In this document: positions 21,793 through 32,600 of the stretch, in pieces | Layout: each line of letters starts with the position of its first letter | Position numbering within the stretch: position 1 is the stretch's first letter | The notes under the pieces: generated by a model | What the model was told of the DNA's origin: nothing | What the model saw: the letters and a program-made list of their open reading frames with translations, nothing else | The model's database searches: none | NCBI GenBank assembly: GCA_963663965.2 | Contig: CAXXFK010000001.1 | Location: 96,001-160,000, forward strand | Direction of reading: 5' to 3' | Source of the DNA: Sedimentisphaerales bacterium | Lineage (GTDB): Bacteria; Planctomycetota; Phycisphaerae; Sedimentisphaerales; SM23-30 | Length of the DNA stretch: 64,000 nt | Made by a program: the position numbers and the translations under genes

Positions 21793-22654
21793 ATGAAACA
21801 AGCAACCGACCTCGACCTGACCCCCTACAACTCCTACCGGATCAAAGCCATCGCCCGGTGTGCCTGGTTCCCTGAAACCCCCGAAGATCTCTGCCAACTG
21901 ACCGCCGATCCATCCCGCCCCAAAATCATCATCGGCGGCGGCTGCAATATCATCCTGTCCCAACCCTGTTACGATAACGTCGACTTCATCATCCTCGACC
22001 ACCACTTCTCCCAGACTACCGTCACCGGCCAGACCATCACCGCCCAGTCCGGCCAGTCCCTCAAACGCCTCAGCGAAATCGCCTGCGATCACCACCTCTC
22101 CGGCCTGGAAATCTTCTACGACATCCCCGGCACCCTCGGCGGCGCCATCTGCATGAACGCCGGCGCTCACGATGAATCCATCGGCAACCTCACCACCCGT
22201 GTCACCGGCTACGACCTCACCCGCCAGACCTTCATCACCCTCCACCCCGCCGAACTGGCCTTCGGCTACCGCACCAGTTTCTTTCACCTCCACAACAACA
22301 TATTAATCACCGAAGTCCAGCTCCAACTCACTCCCGGCGACCCCGCCGCTATCCGTCGTAAAATGACCGCCACCCAACAGGACCGCCGCAACAAACAACC
22401 CTGGAACACCCCCAACGCCGGCAGCGTCTTCAAACGCCCCGCCCGGCCGCTACGTCGGCCAGATCCTCGAACAACTCAACCTCAAAGGCAAAACCATCGG
22501 CGGCGCCCAGATCTCCACCAAACACGCCGGCTTCATCATCAACCACAACGGCCACGCCACCGCCCGGGACATCCTCGACCTCATCCACTTCATCCAAACC
22601 ACCGTCCAAAATAAACTCAACATCCAACTCGAACTCGAACAACGCATCATCTAA
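21793..22654 (+). CDS. murB: UDP-N-acetylenolpyruvoylglucosamine reductase (one extra C near 22440 shifts the frame)
   Basis: IGGGCNII, IPGTLGGAICMNAGA, FGYRTS, PNAGSVFKRP; the tail IGGAQISTKHAGFIIN...LELEQRII is in the shifted frame. Confidence 0.93.
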
Positions 22655-23471
22655 AGACAGGCACGTAATAGTCATCGCTGAGCTTGCCATTCAATACTTT
22701 CATGGCTTGGGTTTCAGCTGATCCAAACGTTTGCACGCTCCCATCAACATACAGAGCATTTAGACGAATCTTCAACTCATCTTTCGAAATGCCGTAACTG
22801 GCCATTCGATTCCACATCCTGGACACATTGGAATAATTTCCGATACTCCCACCCTTCTTGAAACGTTCACAACTGATATAATCCCCATCATACCATTGAT
22901 AAGCATTGGGAGTTTTCCCCAAAGTACATCCGGCTAGAGGCAACGCCGTTCTAAACCTATCCAAACGGGTAATACCCCTACAATACCCTTTTCGAATGGG
23001 TAAATAGCCTATATAATTCCAGTAGAATGAATAGGTACCCAGAGTAGGATCTGGATTGGGCAGATAATGGCTTTTATTTAAGACTTGACCCCAGACACTT
23101 TTAATATAGTCATCATCACGAGGAGCAGAAGGACAAGTCATCACTTTAGCATCCTCAATATATGTCCCCAGATATTGCTTAACCGAACGCGGCCCCTTAA
23201 ACTCGACATTAATTAAGGTTGTTGGCGACAGTCCGGTTTTTGCATTACCCTGCCCCATATAAGCTACCGTGGGCGGACATCGTTCGCTGTGATCCATCCC
23301 ATAAAAATTCACTGCCTTGCCAATAAAATTTAAGTTATCAGCACTAATTAACCGACGAGCTGCCATTCGGGCGTTATTCAAGGTGGGCATCAGGATGCTC
23401 AATAAGATCATAATGATACTTATTGTTACCAGCAGTTCGATCAAGGTAAATGCCTTCTTACTTGATCTCAT
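22647..23471 (-). CDS. Prepilin-type N-terminal cleavage/methylation protein (DUF1559-like)
   Basis: AFTLIELLVTISIIMILLSILMPTL N-terminus; C-terminal NALYVDGSV motif typical of planctomycete DUF1559-like proteins. Confidence 0.85.
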   Translation of the reverse strand: MRSSKKAFTLIELLVTISIIMILLSILMPTLNNARMAARRLISADNLNFIGKAVNFYGMDHSERCPPTVAYMGQGNAKTGLSPTTLINVEFKGPRSVKQYLGTYIEDAKVMTCPSAPRDDDYIKSVWGQVLNKSHYLPNPDPTLGTYSFYWNYIGYLPIRKGYCRGITRLDRFRTALPLAGCTLGKTPNAYQWYDGDYISCERFKKGGSIGNYSNVSRMWNRMASYGISKDELKIRLNALYVDGSVQTFGSAETQAMKVLNGKLSDDYYVPVFR

Positions 23472-23678
23472 TTTTATATCCCTGTTTCTAATTCTGCCTG
23501 GAAATCAACACTATCCAATTGGCCAATATCACCCTGGAAAAACAAATTGGCCCGCATATTCAGATAATGATTACCATCTTGGTTGGTTCGACTTATTAAT
23601 ACTATTAATAGGGGCACGAAAATTCAAAATCCACTATTTTTTAAAAAATATTTATATATTTTTCCAGTATTTAAGCTA

Positions 23679-23719
23679 ATGTGAGTTCCGCCTTCATATT
23701 CATCAGGCGGAACTCACAT
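23679..23719 (-). terminator. Strong hairpin, probable terminator of the NHL-repeat gene
   Basis: ATGTGAGTTCCGCCT ... AGGCGGAACTCACAT, a perfect 15-bp stem. Confidence 0.65.
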
Positions 23720-23790
23720 AGATTTACACGCTTGCCATTGATTTCTTGCGCCAGAAATCATATTTTTTTCGATTTCACTCTGGCCGAGAA

Positions 23791-26700
23791 TCACGGTAGC
23801 GAATTCAGCCAGTTAGCGCTCAAAATCGCCAGATCAGCCAGATCCACAAAGTTATCATGATTCAGATCGCCTTTAAGGATACGAATGCTCCGGCTGGCAT
23901 AGGACGTACCGCCATAAGCGCCCAGATTCACCCGTCCGCCGTTATGGGTCAATTCCATACCCACTCCTGATGCCGGATCACCCAGATCAATACACGGACT
24001 GGTCACCGCGTCCATCGCCCACAGTCCGTCCAGTTTACCAAACATCGCCGGATTGGCAGGATCCTCCGGGTAAAACCGGCCATTCTCGGATTTCAGGTGA
24101 TAATCGTTACTGTTGGGATCGGCAAACAGGGGCATGAGAGTATATTCCTGAATGCGATCATTATCATAATCGGTGATATACAACGTGCCGGTTTCTGCCA
24201 GATAAACACCAAACGGATAATTAAATTCCCCCTCGCCAGTTCCCGGTCCGCTGCCGAATGAGTATAGGAAACTCAGGTCATTATCCAGTTTGCAGATACG
24301 ATTATTATGAGCGTCGGCCACAAACACATCGCCGGTATCATCACAGGTAACTCCCCACGGATTGTTATATTGTCCATCGCCCGAACCACCACTGCCCGCG
24401 ACAGAAACGAAAGTACCGTCAGTAGTCCATTTACAGATCCGATGGTTATAAGTATCCGCGATGATCAGGTTGCCTTTGCCATCCAGGGCAATGCCGCCGG
24501 GATGGTCAAATTGCTCCGGACCGCTGCCAACGCTGCCAAACTTTTTAACAAAAGTACCCGTTTGAGTCCATTTGCAAATTCGGCTGTTATGAAAATCAGA
24601 GATATAAACATAATCCTCATCAACCGCCAGATATTCCGGCCGATCAAAGTTTTCATCACCGCTGCCCGGCCCGCTGCCCCAGTTCATCAGATGACAGCCG
24701 GCGGCAGTCCATTTACTGACCCGGTTGTTGTGACTGTCAAGGATATACAGATGGTCATCCCTGTCGATAGCGATCCCCTGGGGATACTGGAACTGATCGG
24801 CCGCCGTACCCGGCCCACTGCCAAGCTGTCCCACATAGTCATGGCTGGCCGTATATTTTTTCACACAGTGGTTGCCGCGATCAACGACATAAATATAACC
24901 CTCAGAATCTCTGGCAACATCATAAGGCATATTAAACTGAGAGTCTCCCGAGCCATATCCGCCCCACTGGCCGGCATAATGCGTATCGGGATCTTCCTAC
25001 AAAAGTAAAGTAAGCCGCGCAATTGACCAGATCGCCTAGGGGATTGTTCCACAGAATACTATTGGAAATCGCCGGATCGCCAATCCCGCCAGCCACAATA
25101 CCCTGCTGGTTATTAACAATCGTCAGGTGATCCAGGCTCGGGAAAACTGTTATACGCCTGAATACCGATCTGGCAGTCGCGAATCACAAAGTTTTTCAAA
25201 ACGCTGCCCGATTCTTCTGCCGCATGAAAACGCGCGCCATACCCCGCCGGATTGCTGATCACCGCCGCGTCCGCCGCGCTTTGCACCGTAATCGCCTTAC
25301 CCATAAAATCCACCGATTCTTCATAAACACCCGGCCAGACCAGGACCATATCCAGACTGTCTCCCGCCGTTTTAATCCCGTGGGATAATAGTGGCAAACG
25401 CGGTTTCCCGGCTCGCCCCATTATTGGAATCATCGCCATGAATTGTATCAATATGTAAGGTTCTAGGCAGGATACACCGGAATCCAATTTTGTAAGTAAG
25501 GGAGACCAGGACAATTGACTTGATTATTGACATACTCATATGTGACCTTGCAACTTTCCGGCTTATAGATCCCAACTGCCACCACGAAGAGATATGACTG
25601 TTCTGAATAGAGAGTGTGCTGGTCCATTCCCAGACATTGCCCGTTAGATCGCAAAGTCCATAACCAAATTCACCGTAATATCCAACAGGATTGACATAAG
25701 GTTTCTCTGACCAGCCCATCGGATTGGCAAAATTATAATTGGCAATATCTTGATTAATACTGACTCCGCAACCATAATTGAATGTGCCATTATAATCAGC
25801 GATTTCTTCCCATTCAGAAGAGGTTGGTAATCGATAACCATAATAATTACAAAATGCCACTGCCCCTTCCCATGTTATCATAATCACCGGATAGTTTGTC
25901 ATATTAATATTGTTTCGATCACGAACCTGAAAATCCCCATCAATATAATCGATTGAGCTATTAGAATCCGCTGAATATGTCTTGCAATAGACCGCCCCAA
26001 TAAAATCTTTTCCTGAATTCATGCCGTCAGCACCATAGACAAGATGATCTGTCCCAATTGTAATATCACCAGAACTCAAAGCGTCATTAAGGAATTGGCA
26101 ATATTGGGCATTCGTTGTTTCATACTTGCTGACATAACCGATAAAATCCGAATCTCCGTTGGCTGTCGTTTCATCTACAAGTATCCATTGCAATTCTAAA
26201 GACGATTTATTCAATTTATTGATCGTCACCGACAGGGAACCACTATTGTCATGATAAGAACTATAATCCTCAATATACATTTCGATCGCTTCCCCGCCTC
26301 CAACCACGTAAATCTTATATTCATGCGAAGCGCTGAAAACATGCGGAGCGTAAATAACACCATCCGTTGTGCCCAGCCAGTCATACTCAATACCATCCAC
26401 AATAATATCATGCACTGGATCACAGGCCTCTTCATACGGACTGGCAGGATTAATCCATTTCCATTCCGCGTCATTACCGCCACTGGAACCAGCCTTATAA
26501 GTACCGGATGCGGTCAATTCATAGAGTTGCCCTGTCAACAAAACCGGCGTGCTCACCATTGTTTTCTGGGTCGCGTCAATAACCAGTTGATCCACCAGTT
26601 CTTTTGTGACTGCTAATGGATTAATCACAACCGTTAGAGAACCCGAATTGTCATGATACGAATTATAATCCTCAACATAAAAACTGGCAGGTTGCCCTTT

Positions 26701-27078
26701 GCCGATATAGTATATTTTGTAGACATGATCGGGACTGAAGGTGTTCGGTGTAAATACGATGCCATCTGTTGTGCCCAGCCAGTCATACTCAACACCATCC
26801 ACAATCACATCATGCACAGGATCACAAGGCTCTTCATACGGACTCGCTGGATCAATCCATTTCCACTCCGCGTCATTACCGCCACTGGAACCGGCTTTAT
26901 AGGTCCCCGAAGCGATAATCTCATACAACTGCCCAGCTTCCAGCGTAGCGGACAGCACCGGTGTATTGGAGGTACAATCAATAATCAGCGTTTCCGCCAA
27001 CGTGCTGCTAACCAGCACCAACAATAAAACCAAAGCAAAGATGAGGATACTATTTTGTCTTCTTACAGTCGTGTTCAT
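23791..27078 (-). CDS. Large secreted multidomain protein: duplicated N-terminal beta domain, FGE-sulfatase-like fold, beta-helix, NHL repeats, dockerin-like C-terminus; several frameshifts
   Basis: Signal peptide; KYETTNAQY, RLPTSSEWE, GNVWEW, GFRC; VLVWPGVYEESVDF; repeated GSGPG..F..P.GIA NHL units; GDLNHDNFVDLADLAILSANWL. Pieces: 25372-27078, 25113-25514, 23791-24930. Confidence 0.8.
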
Positions 27079-27103
27079 TTTTTATCTCCTTAGTTAACTG
27101 TTT

Positions 27104-28877
27104 TTATTCAATACCCTTAAACCAGAATGCTCGTTTGTCAAACATGTTAATGTCATTGCCCGGCCGTGGCTTGACAAAACCGTCTGGCAAACTGTTAATC
27201 AGGTTGAATTTCAATTCACCCATCGTTTTTGTTTCCATCTCCAATAACAACCTTCTCAATCCAGTCGGAATCCAGACCAATCTGATAATCAAAGCGATAT
27301 TGAGCCGTACGCATTCGAATGGACGCACGGGTATTGTCCTCTCCTCTTTTCAATTCAAAGTAATAACCAGCAAGACACGCATCCCGCCGCACCGTATCGA
27401 TCGCGTGCAAACCCACCCAGGGCCGGACGAAACCCCAGCGGATAATGTCCCTTTTCCGCAAAATAGCGCTTGCCGCCAATAGTTAAATAAACCCAGGGAT
27501 CGCGCTCCCCGTAGTGTGCCATAACAAATGGCATGCAACCGTATCCGGCCACTTTTTTCCCATTGAATTGACCCGTAATAGTAAAATAACTCCAGCCCTG
27601 CCGGTGAAACGCATCGCGCAGATCCTTGACCTGGACACCCTCATTCCACGGATGGTTAAAATAGGCCTCACCATCGGCATTGGGATGGTCACACAGCCCG
27701 ATTTCTTGACCTTTTCTGCTAAACATGGGACAGGCCAGACTATTATTAAGCCCATTCCGCACGAGTGCCTGATCCCAGTCTGAAATCCCACCGTTAATTC
27801 GATTAATCGTATTAGCCAGCGGGCTGGAATCGGTCGGCAACCGCATAATGGTCAGGTCTCTATTAAAACAACAACTATTCAACTTGTACAAAGTACCCTT
27901 GCTTATATCATAATAAAAGTTACCGTCCCGGTTCCGTACCCACATCGCCAGAGGATCACCGGTTTCGGCGTCAATCACATCGTTTCGCATAATGAGCGGT
28001 CCAGCAGGACCCTCTGGAAAAGCAATCCGGCATTCCCCAATCCGCTCCGCCTCAGGCAGGCATTGAATGAATCCCGAACCTGCCTGATTAGCTGTACCTG
28101 TATTTATACCATGATAACCCGCCCCGTCAGGCGTTAAAATTGCCGTTGAGGTCACAGCAACACCAATCACCGCAGCTGTAACACCCCCTTCACACTGGCC
28201 AGACTGGACATCGCCGTTGCCGGCGCGCCACCTTAAGCGTCTGGGCCGAAATCGCGACTCCCCGGCTGGCCGCCTCGGTCGTCGCGGTCAGCTTGCCAAA
28301 CGCGATCAGCGCCGTCAATAAAGCGGCCTTGCTCAACCCATTGCGGGCCAGCTTCTTCTGCAACGCCCCTTCGCCCTGCGTAACAACATCCGAACGCCAA
28401 ACTCCCTGCGACCCATCGTCTCGGCGATCTCCGCAACGCCATATCTTCATAACAGCGCAACACCAGCACCTGCCGATGCTCATCCTTCAGTTCATACATG
28501 GACTTAAGCACCGCGTCGGCGAGTTCTTTGCTGATCAGATTGGATAATCCCTTGGCTTGTTCCATTTTCGTTCCGGCCCAGGCATTCCGGGCGATGGCTT
28601 TCTGACGCCCTTCTTTGCGGCGATAATCCCTGATTTTATTAAACGCGATGCGTCGCAGCCACGGCCAGAACTTTTCCGAATCTTGTAATTTCCCCAGGCA
28701 CTTTGCCATATCGATTAAGCTTTCCTGAATAATATCCTGAGCGTCGTGATGATCCAGGGTCATGCGAGTCACATATTCCTCTAACCGGGGGCGAACCTGT
28801 TCAATCAGGCAGTTCAGGTCGCGTTCATCACCGTTGCAGGCGCTTGCTATTAACTTGTTATCTTTTAAAAACTCCAA
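27104..28877 (-). CDS. ECF sigma-70 factor with a long C-terminal extension; several frameshifts
   Basis: DAQDIIQES, FWPWLRRIAFN (region 2) and HRQVLVLRCYEDM (region 4); extension continues in ORFs 28190-28483, 27355-28170 and 27104-27328. Confidence 0.8.
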
Positions 28878-29506
28878 AATGCGCTCCGTCTTTTAACTGG
28901 TTTTAGTTCATCTTTGAATTTCTCCTCATTCAATTCATTTTGCCTGATTTACCCCATAGTCTGACACCATCAAAAAAATTGAACGGTTTTTTATCTTTAT
29001 TTTCCAAATAAAGTTAATTCCGCAGAACACAGCCACTATCACCGCACTCCAGCTCATATTACCAGATCCCCCCGGCCATACAAGCACCATAAAACCCACT
29101 GCTTATAATTAAATACTACAAATATTCCTAAGTGTTTCTTGACTTAAGCATACGTCATATTTTTTTAAAATATCAGGTTAAATCAATAGTTTCCATTCAA
29201 CCTAAATCATCATAACCACCATCCATATAGATAGTTATGCATTTCAATTCCAATGATTCACAAATCCGATAACCCACATCCGCTCTATCGCATTGCCATC
29301 CATAAACAACTTCCTTTAGTATAACAACTTAAAACACTCCAAAATTACCATCCACTCAATAATACATATGGAGAATAATACCATGCACAAACATGGCACA
29401 TCCCGGCTGCTGGCCTGGTTCTTTCCGGTATCTTTTTATTGGAAAATCCCCCTTTATTTGTTAAAATGTTCTTATCATCCGGTCAAATAGAGTTGGCCGG
29501 AATAGC

Positions 29507-29613
29507 AGATACCCTTTACGATTAAAAAATGCCCGCATAGCAGTTATATAAGTCTTTTACGAGTATAGACTTAGCTTGCGAGCGATCAGGCATTTCCATC
29601 CCTGATGGGTATA
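29507..29613 (-). ncRNA. Candidate structured RNA motif 1, copy 1
   Basis: Shares TATAC...AAT(T/G)CCTGATCGCTCG(C)AAG...CGGG...AAT(C/T)GTAA...GTAT with copies at 41362-41466 (+) and 59978-60082 (-). Confidence 0.55.
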
Positions 29614-29676
29614 ATTGGGAATTCAAAACGACGCTCCCAATGGTATAGGGAGTTTTGTAAGAGGAGATAATATCCA

Positions 29677-32600
29677 ATGGATTTTAAAAGAGTAGATGTC
29701 CGGTTTTCACTGGGTTTAGGGCTCTCTATATTAATAGCACATGCCGCCTGGTGTTGCACCTATAGCGATGGCAGTGGAACAGAGGAAGATCCCTATCAAA
29801 TCGCTACTCCCGCTGATTTGCGGGATCTGATGACGGTGTATTCGGAATGGGAACATCATTTCATTCTGGTGAACGATATCGATATGGCCAATGAGGAGCC
29901 GTTTACCCAACTGCCCGGCGATCATCCTTTTAATGGCGTGCTCGATGGGAATGGTAAAAGAATCGGGAACCTTGTTATCGATTGCCCGGAACAGAATTAT
30001 GTAGGATTATTCGGTTATGTTGGCAGTAACGGGCAAATCAGAAATCTGGGTTTGGAGAATGTCTCCGTTAGCGGTCACAGTCTGGTTGGTGGTATATGCG
30101 GGAGCGGTGTTGGAAAAATCAGTCAATGTTATGTTACCGGACATGTTCAAGTGAGCGGGCACATCGGCGGTGGTATTTGTGGTGCGAATGGCGGTATGAT
30201 TGAAAGTTGTTATTCAAATTGTATGGTTTCGGGTCTTGAATATACTGGCGGATTAATTGGCGTTAATCAGGGGGGCAAGATATATTATTGCTATGCTAAG
30301 GGATTGGTCACAGGGCAGTATTTTGCCGGAGGATTGGCCGGAGAGAGAAGCAGTGCTTTTTTTGGATCGATCGTCAGTTGTTTCTGGAACATCCAATCCA
30401 GCGAACAGGCCGGCAGCATGGGAGGCAAAGGGCTGACCAGTGAACAGATGCGGACCATGCGGATTTTTCAAAATGCCGGCTGGGCCGAAAAGGGCTGGGT
30501 CATGGCCGATGGTGTAGATGCTCCGAGATTAGCATGGGAAGGGACCGATGGCATGCCGATTCCTCCCGCCGAACCTGTTCCATTGAATGGGGAAGGTACC
30601 ATTAACAGCCCATATGAGATCCATACTCCCGACGAGTTCGCATTATTAAGCTGGTACAGCGATATATTGAATAAGCCGATTCGAATCATGGCCGATCTTG
30701 ACTTATCCGGCATCCAGTTGTATCCGATCGGCGACCTGGGCATGTTCACCGGTTTACTGGATGGAAACAGGCATGTTATCGCCAATGCAGTTATCGATCA
30801 ACCCGATAGTTTTGGCGTTGGCATTGTCAGTCAAATGGGATCTGGAGGAGTGATAACCAGGATTGGCATCGAAAATGTAGCTATAACCGGCGGTTATAAA
30901 ACAGGCGGATTGTGTGGTTATAACTGGGGTGGAGCAATATATGATTCTTATGTAACTGGGTCAGTAAGCGGTGACACTTATGTGGGCGGATTGTGCGGAT
31001 TTACCGATAATATTCAGTCAACATCTGCAACAACTTGTTCTATTGGAGGATGTTATACCAACTGTCAGGTCACCGGAGAGAATTTTGTTGGTGGATTGTG
31101 TGGAGGCAATGGCGGAGGAATCACAACTTCGTATGCCGTGGGCGCCGTCACGGGACATTACAATGTAGGCGGCTTCTGTGGCTATTTGCCGTATGGCTTT
31201 ATTCATCAATGCTATGCCGCCTGTTCCATAACTGTCAGCAATGTCCCGGGTGAAGGTATTGGCGGTTTTTACGGCTCAAACTTAAATGGTCAGCTAAGTG
31301 GCTGTTTCTGGGATACCGAAGTGTCTGGAATAAATGATCCCGAACAGGGCTCCGGTCACGATACCGACGGCGTAATTGGTTTACCAACGGATCAGTTAGT
31401 AGGATCCCATGTTTATGAACAGGCCGGCTGGATATTTGCCGACTTTCCCATTACCATCCCGGCCTGGCGGGCAATGGCGGATAGCTATCCCCGGCTGATC
31501 TGGGAGGAACTGGAGGGCTATGCCACCATGCCGGCCCTGATTCATCTGGATCTGGAATCGGCATTAAGGCAACTGGCCGCCCAGGATTATGCTCTGAAAA
31601 CCGTTCATTTTGCTTATTCCGGCAGTGTGCCGGATGCTTTGGTGATTAATCAGCAGCCGGCTCCGGGAGTGGTTTTTCTGCCCGGGGATGTTGAGGTGGA
31701 GATTTGGGTGACGAAAGGTCAGAAATACAGCGGCGGAACCGGCAGCCAGGACGACCCTTATCGAATTGGCCGTATCGGCGATTATTATGAATTAATCGCC
31801 AATGAGAGTGACTGGAACCAGAATTTCATCATCACGGCCGACCTGGACTTTATGGGCTTGAGCGTAAGCGCTATTCATTGGGCAGGAGTCCTGGAAGGCG
31901 GCGGACACGTTTGCCAGAACCTGCAAAGTTTCAATGGATTGTTTCTCAATAATAGCGGGGCCATCCGGAACCTGGGTGTAAAAAATGCCCGGATCGATAG
32001 TGAGTCAACCACCGCCGGAATACTGGTAAATGAAAATGCGGGGACCATCGACAATTGCTATGTTCAGGGAAGTATTACCGGCCAGAGCGTAGCAGGACTG
32101 GCTGGCAGCAATCTTGGACAGATCAGCAACTGTTATGCGGCAGGAACGGTAACAGGAGATAATGCCAGTGGTCTGGTCAGTGATAATTCCTGTGAGATAA
32201 TAAACAGTTATGCGGCGGTTATTGTAACGGGTAGTAACACCCAACTGGGACTGGCCAATGGCGAGTGCCGCAATTGTTTCTACGATATGGAGATCAGCGG
32301 CGTCCCGGACGATGGCCGGGGCATGGGCCTGACCACCGGGCAGATGCAGACCCCGGCGACTTTTACCGAAGCCGGCTGGGATAGTGTCGGCGGCGGCGAT
32401 GTAGTGGGTTCGTGGTCCTTCTCCACGGGCGACTACCCCCGTCTGGCCTGGCAGGAATATCCCTTGCAGTTAATGCCGGATGTCCGGGGCAAGACCGAAG
32501 CCCAGGCCCGGGCGATATTGGCAGATCTGGGCATGGTAGTGGGCCAGACCTTTACCACTTACGAACCCGAACTGGAACCAGGTTTGGCGACTGGATTGGA

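Noticed and set aside
21793..22654. Programmed ribosomal frameshift or true pseudogene in murB
   Set aside because: Single extra C in a C run inside a block where most genes have similar indels; sequencing error is more parsimonious.
25460..25650. FGE-sulfatase/C-type-lectin fold ending in GFRC as a diversity-generating retroelement target
   Set aside because: No template repeat differing at adenines and no reverse transcriptase in the window; the odd translation here is explained by frameshifts.
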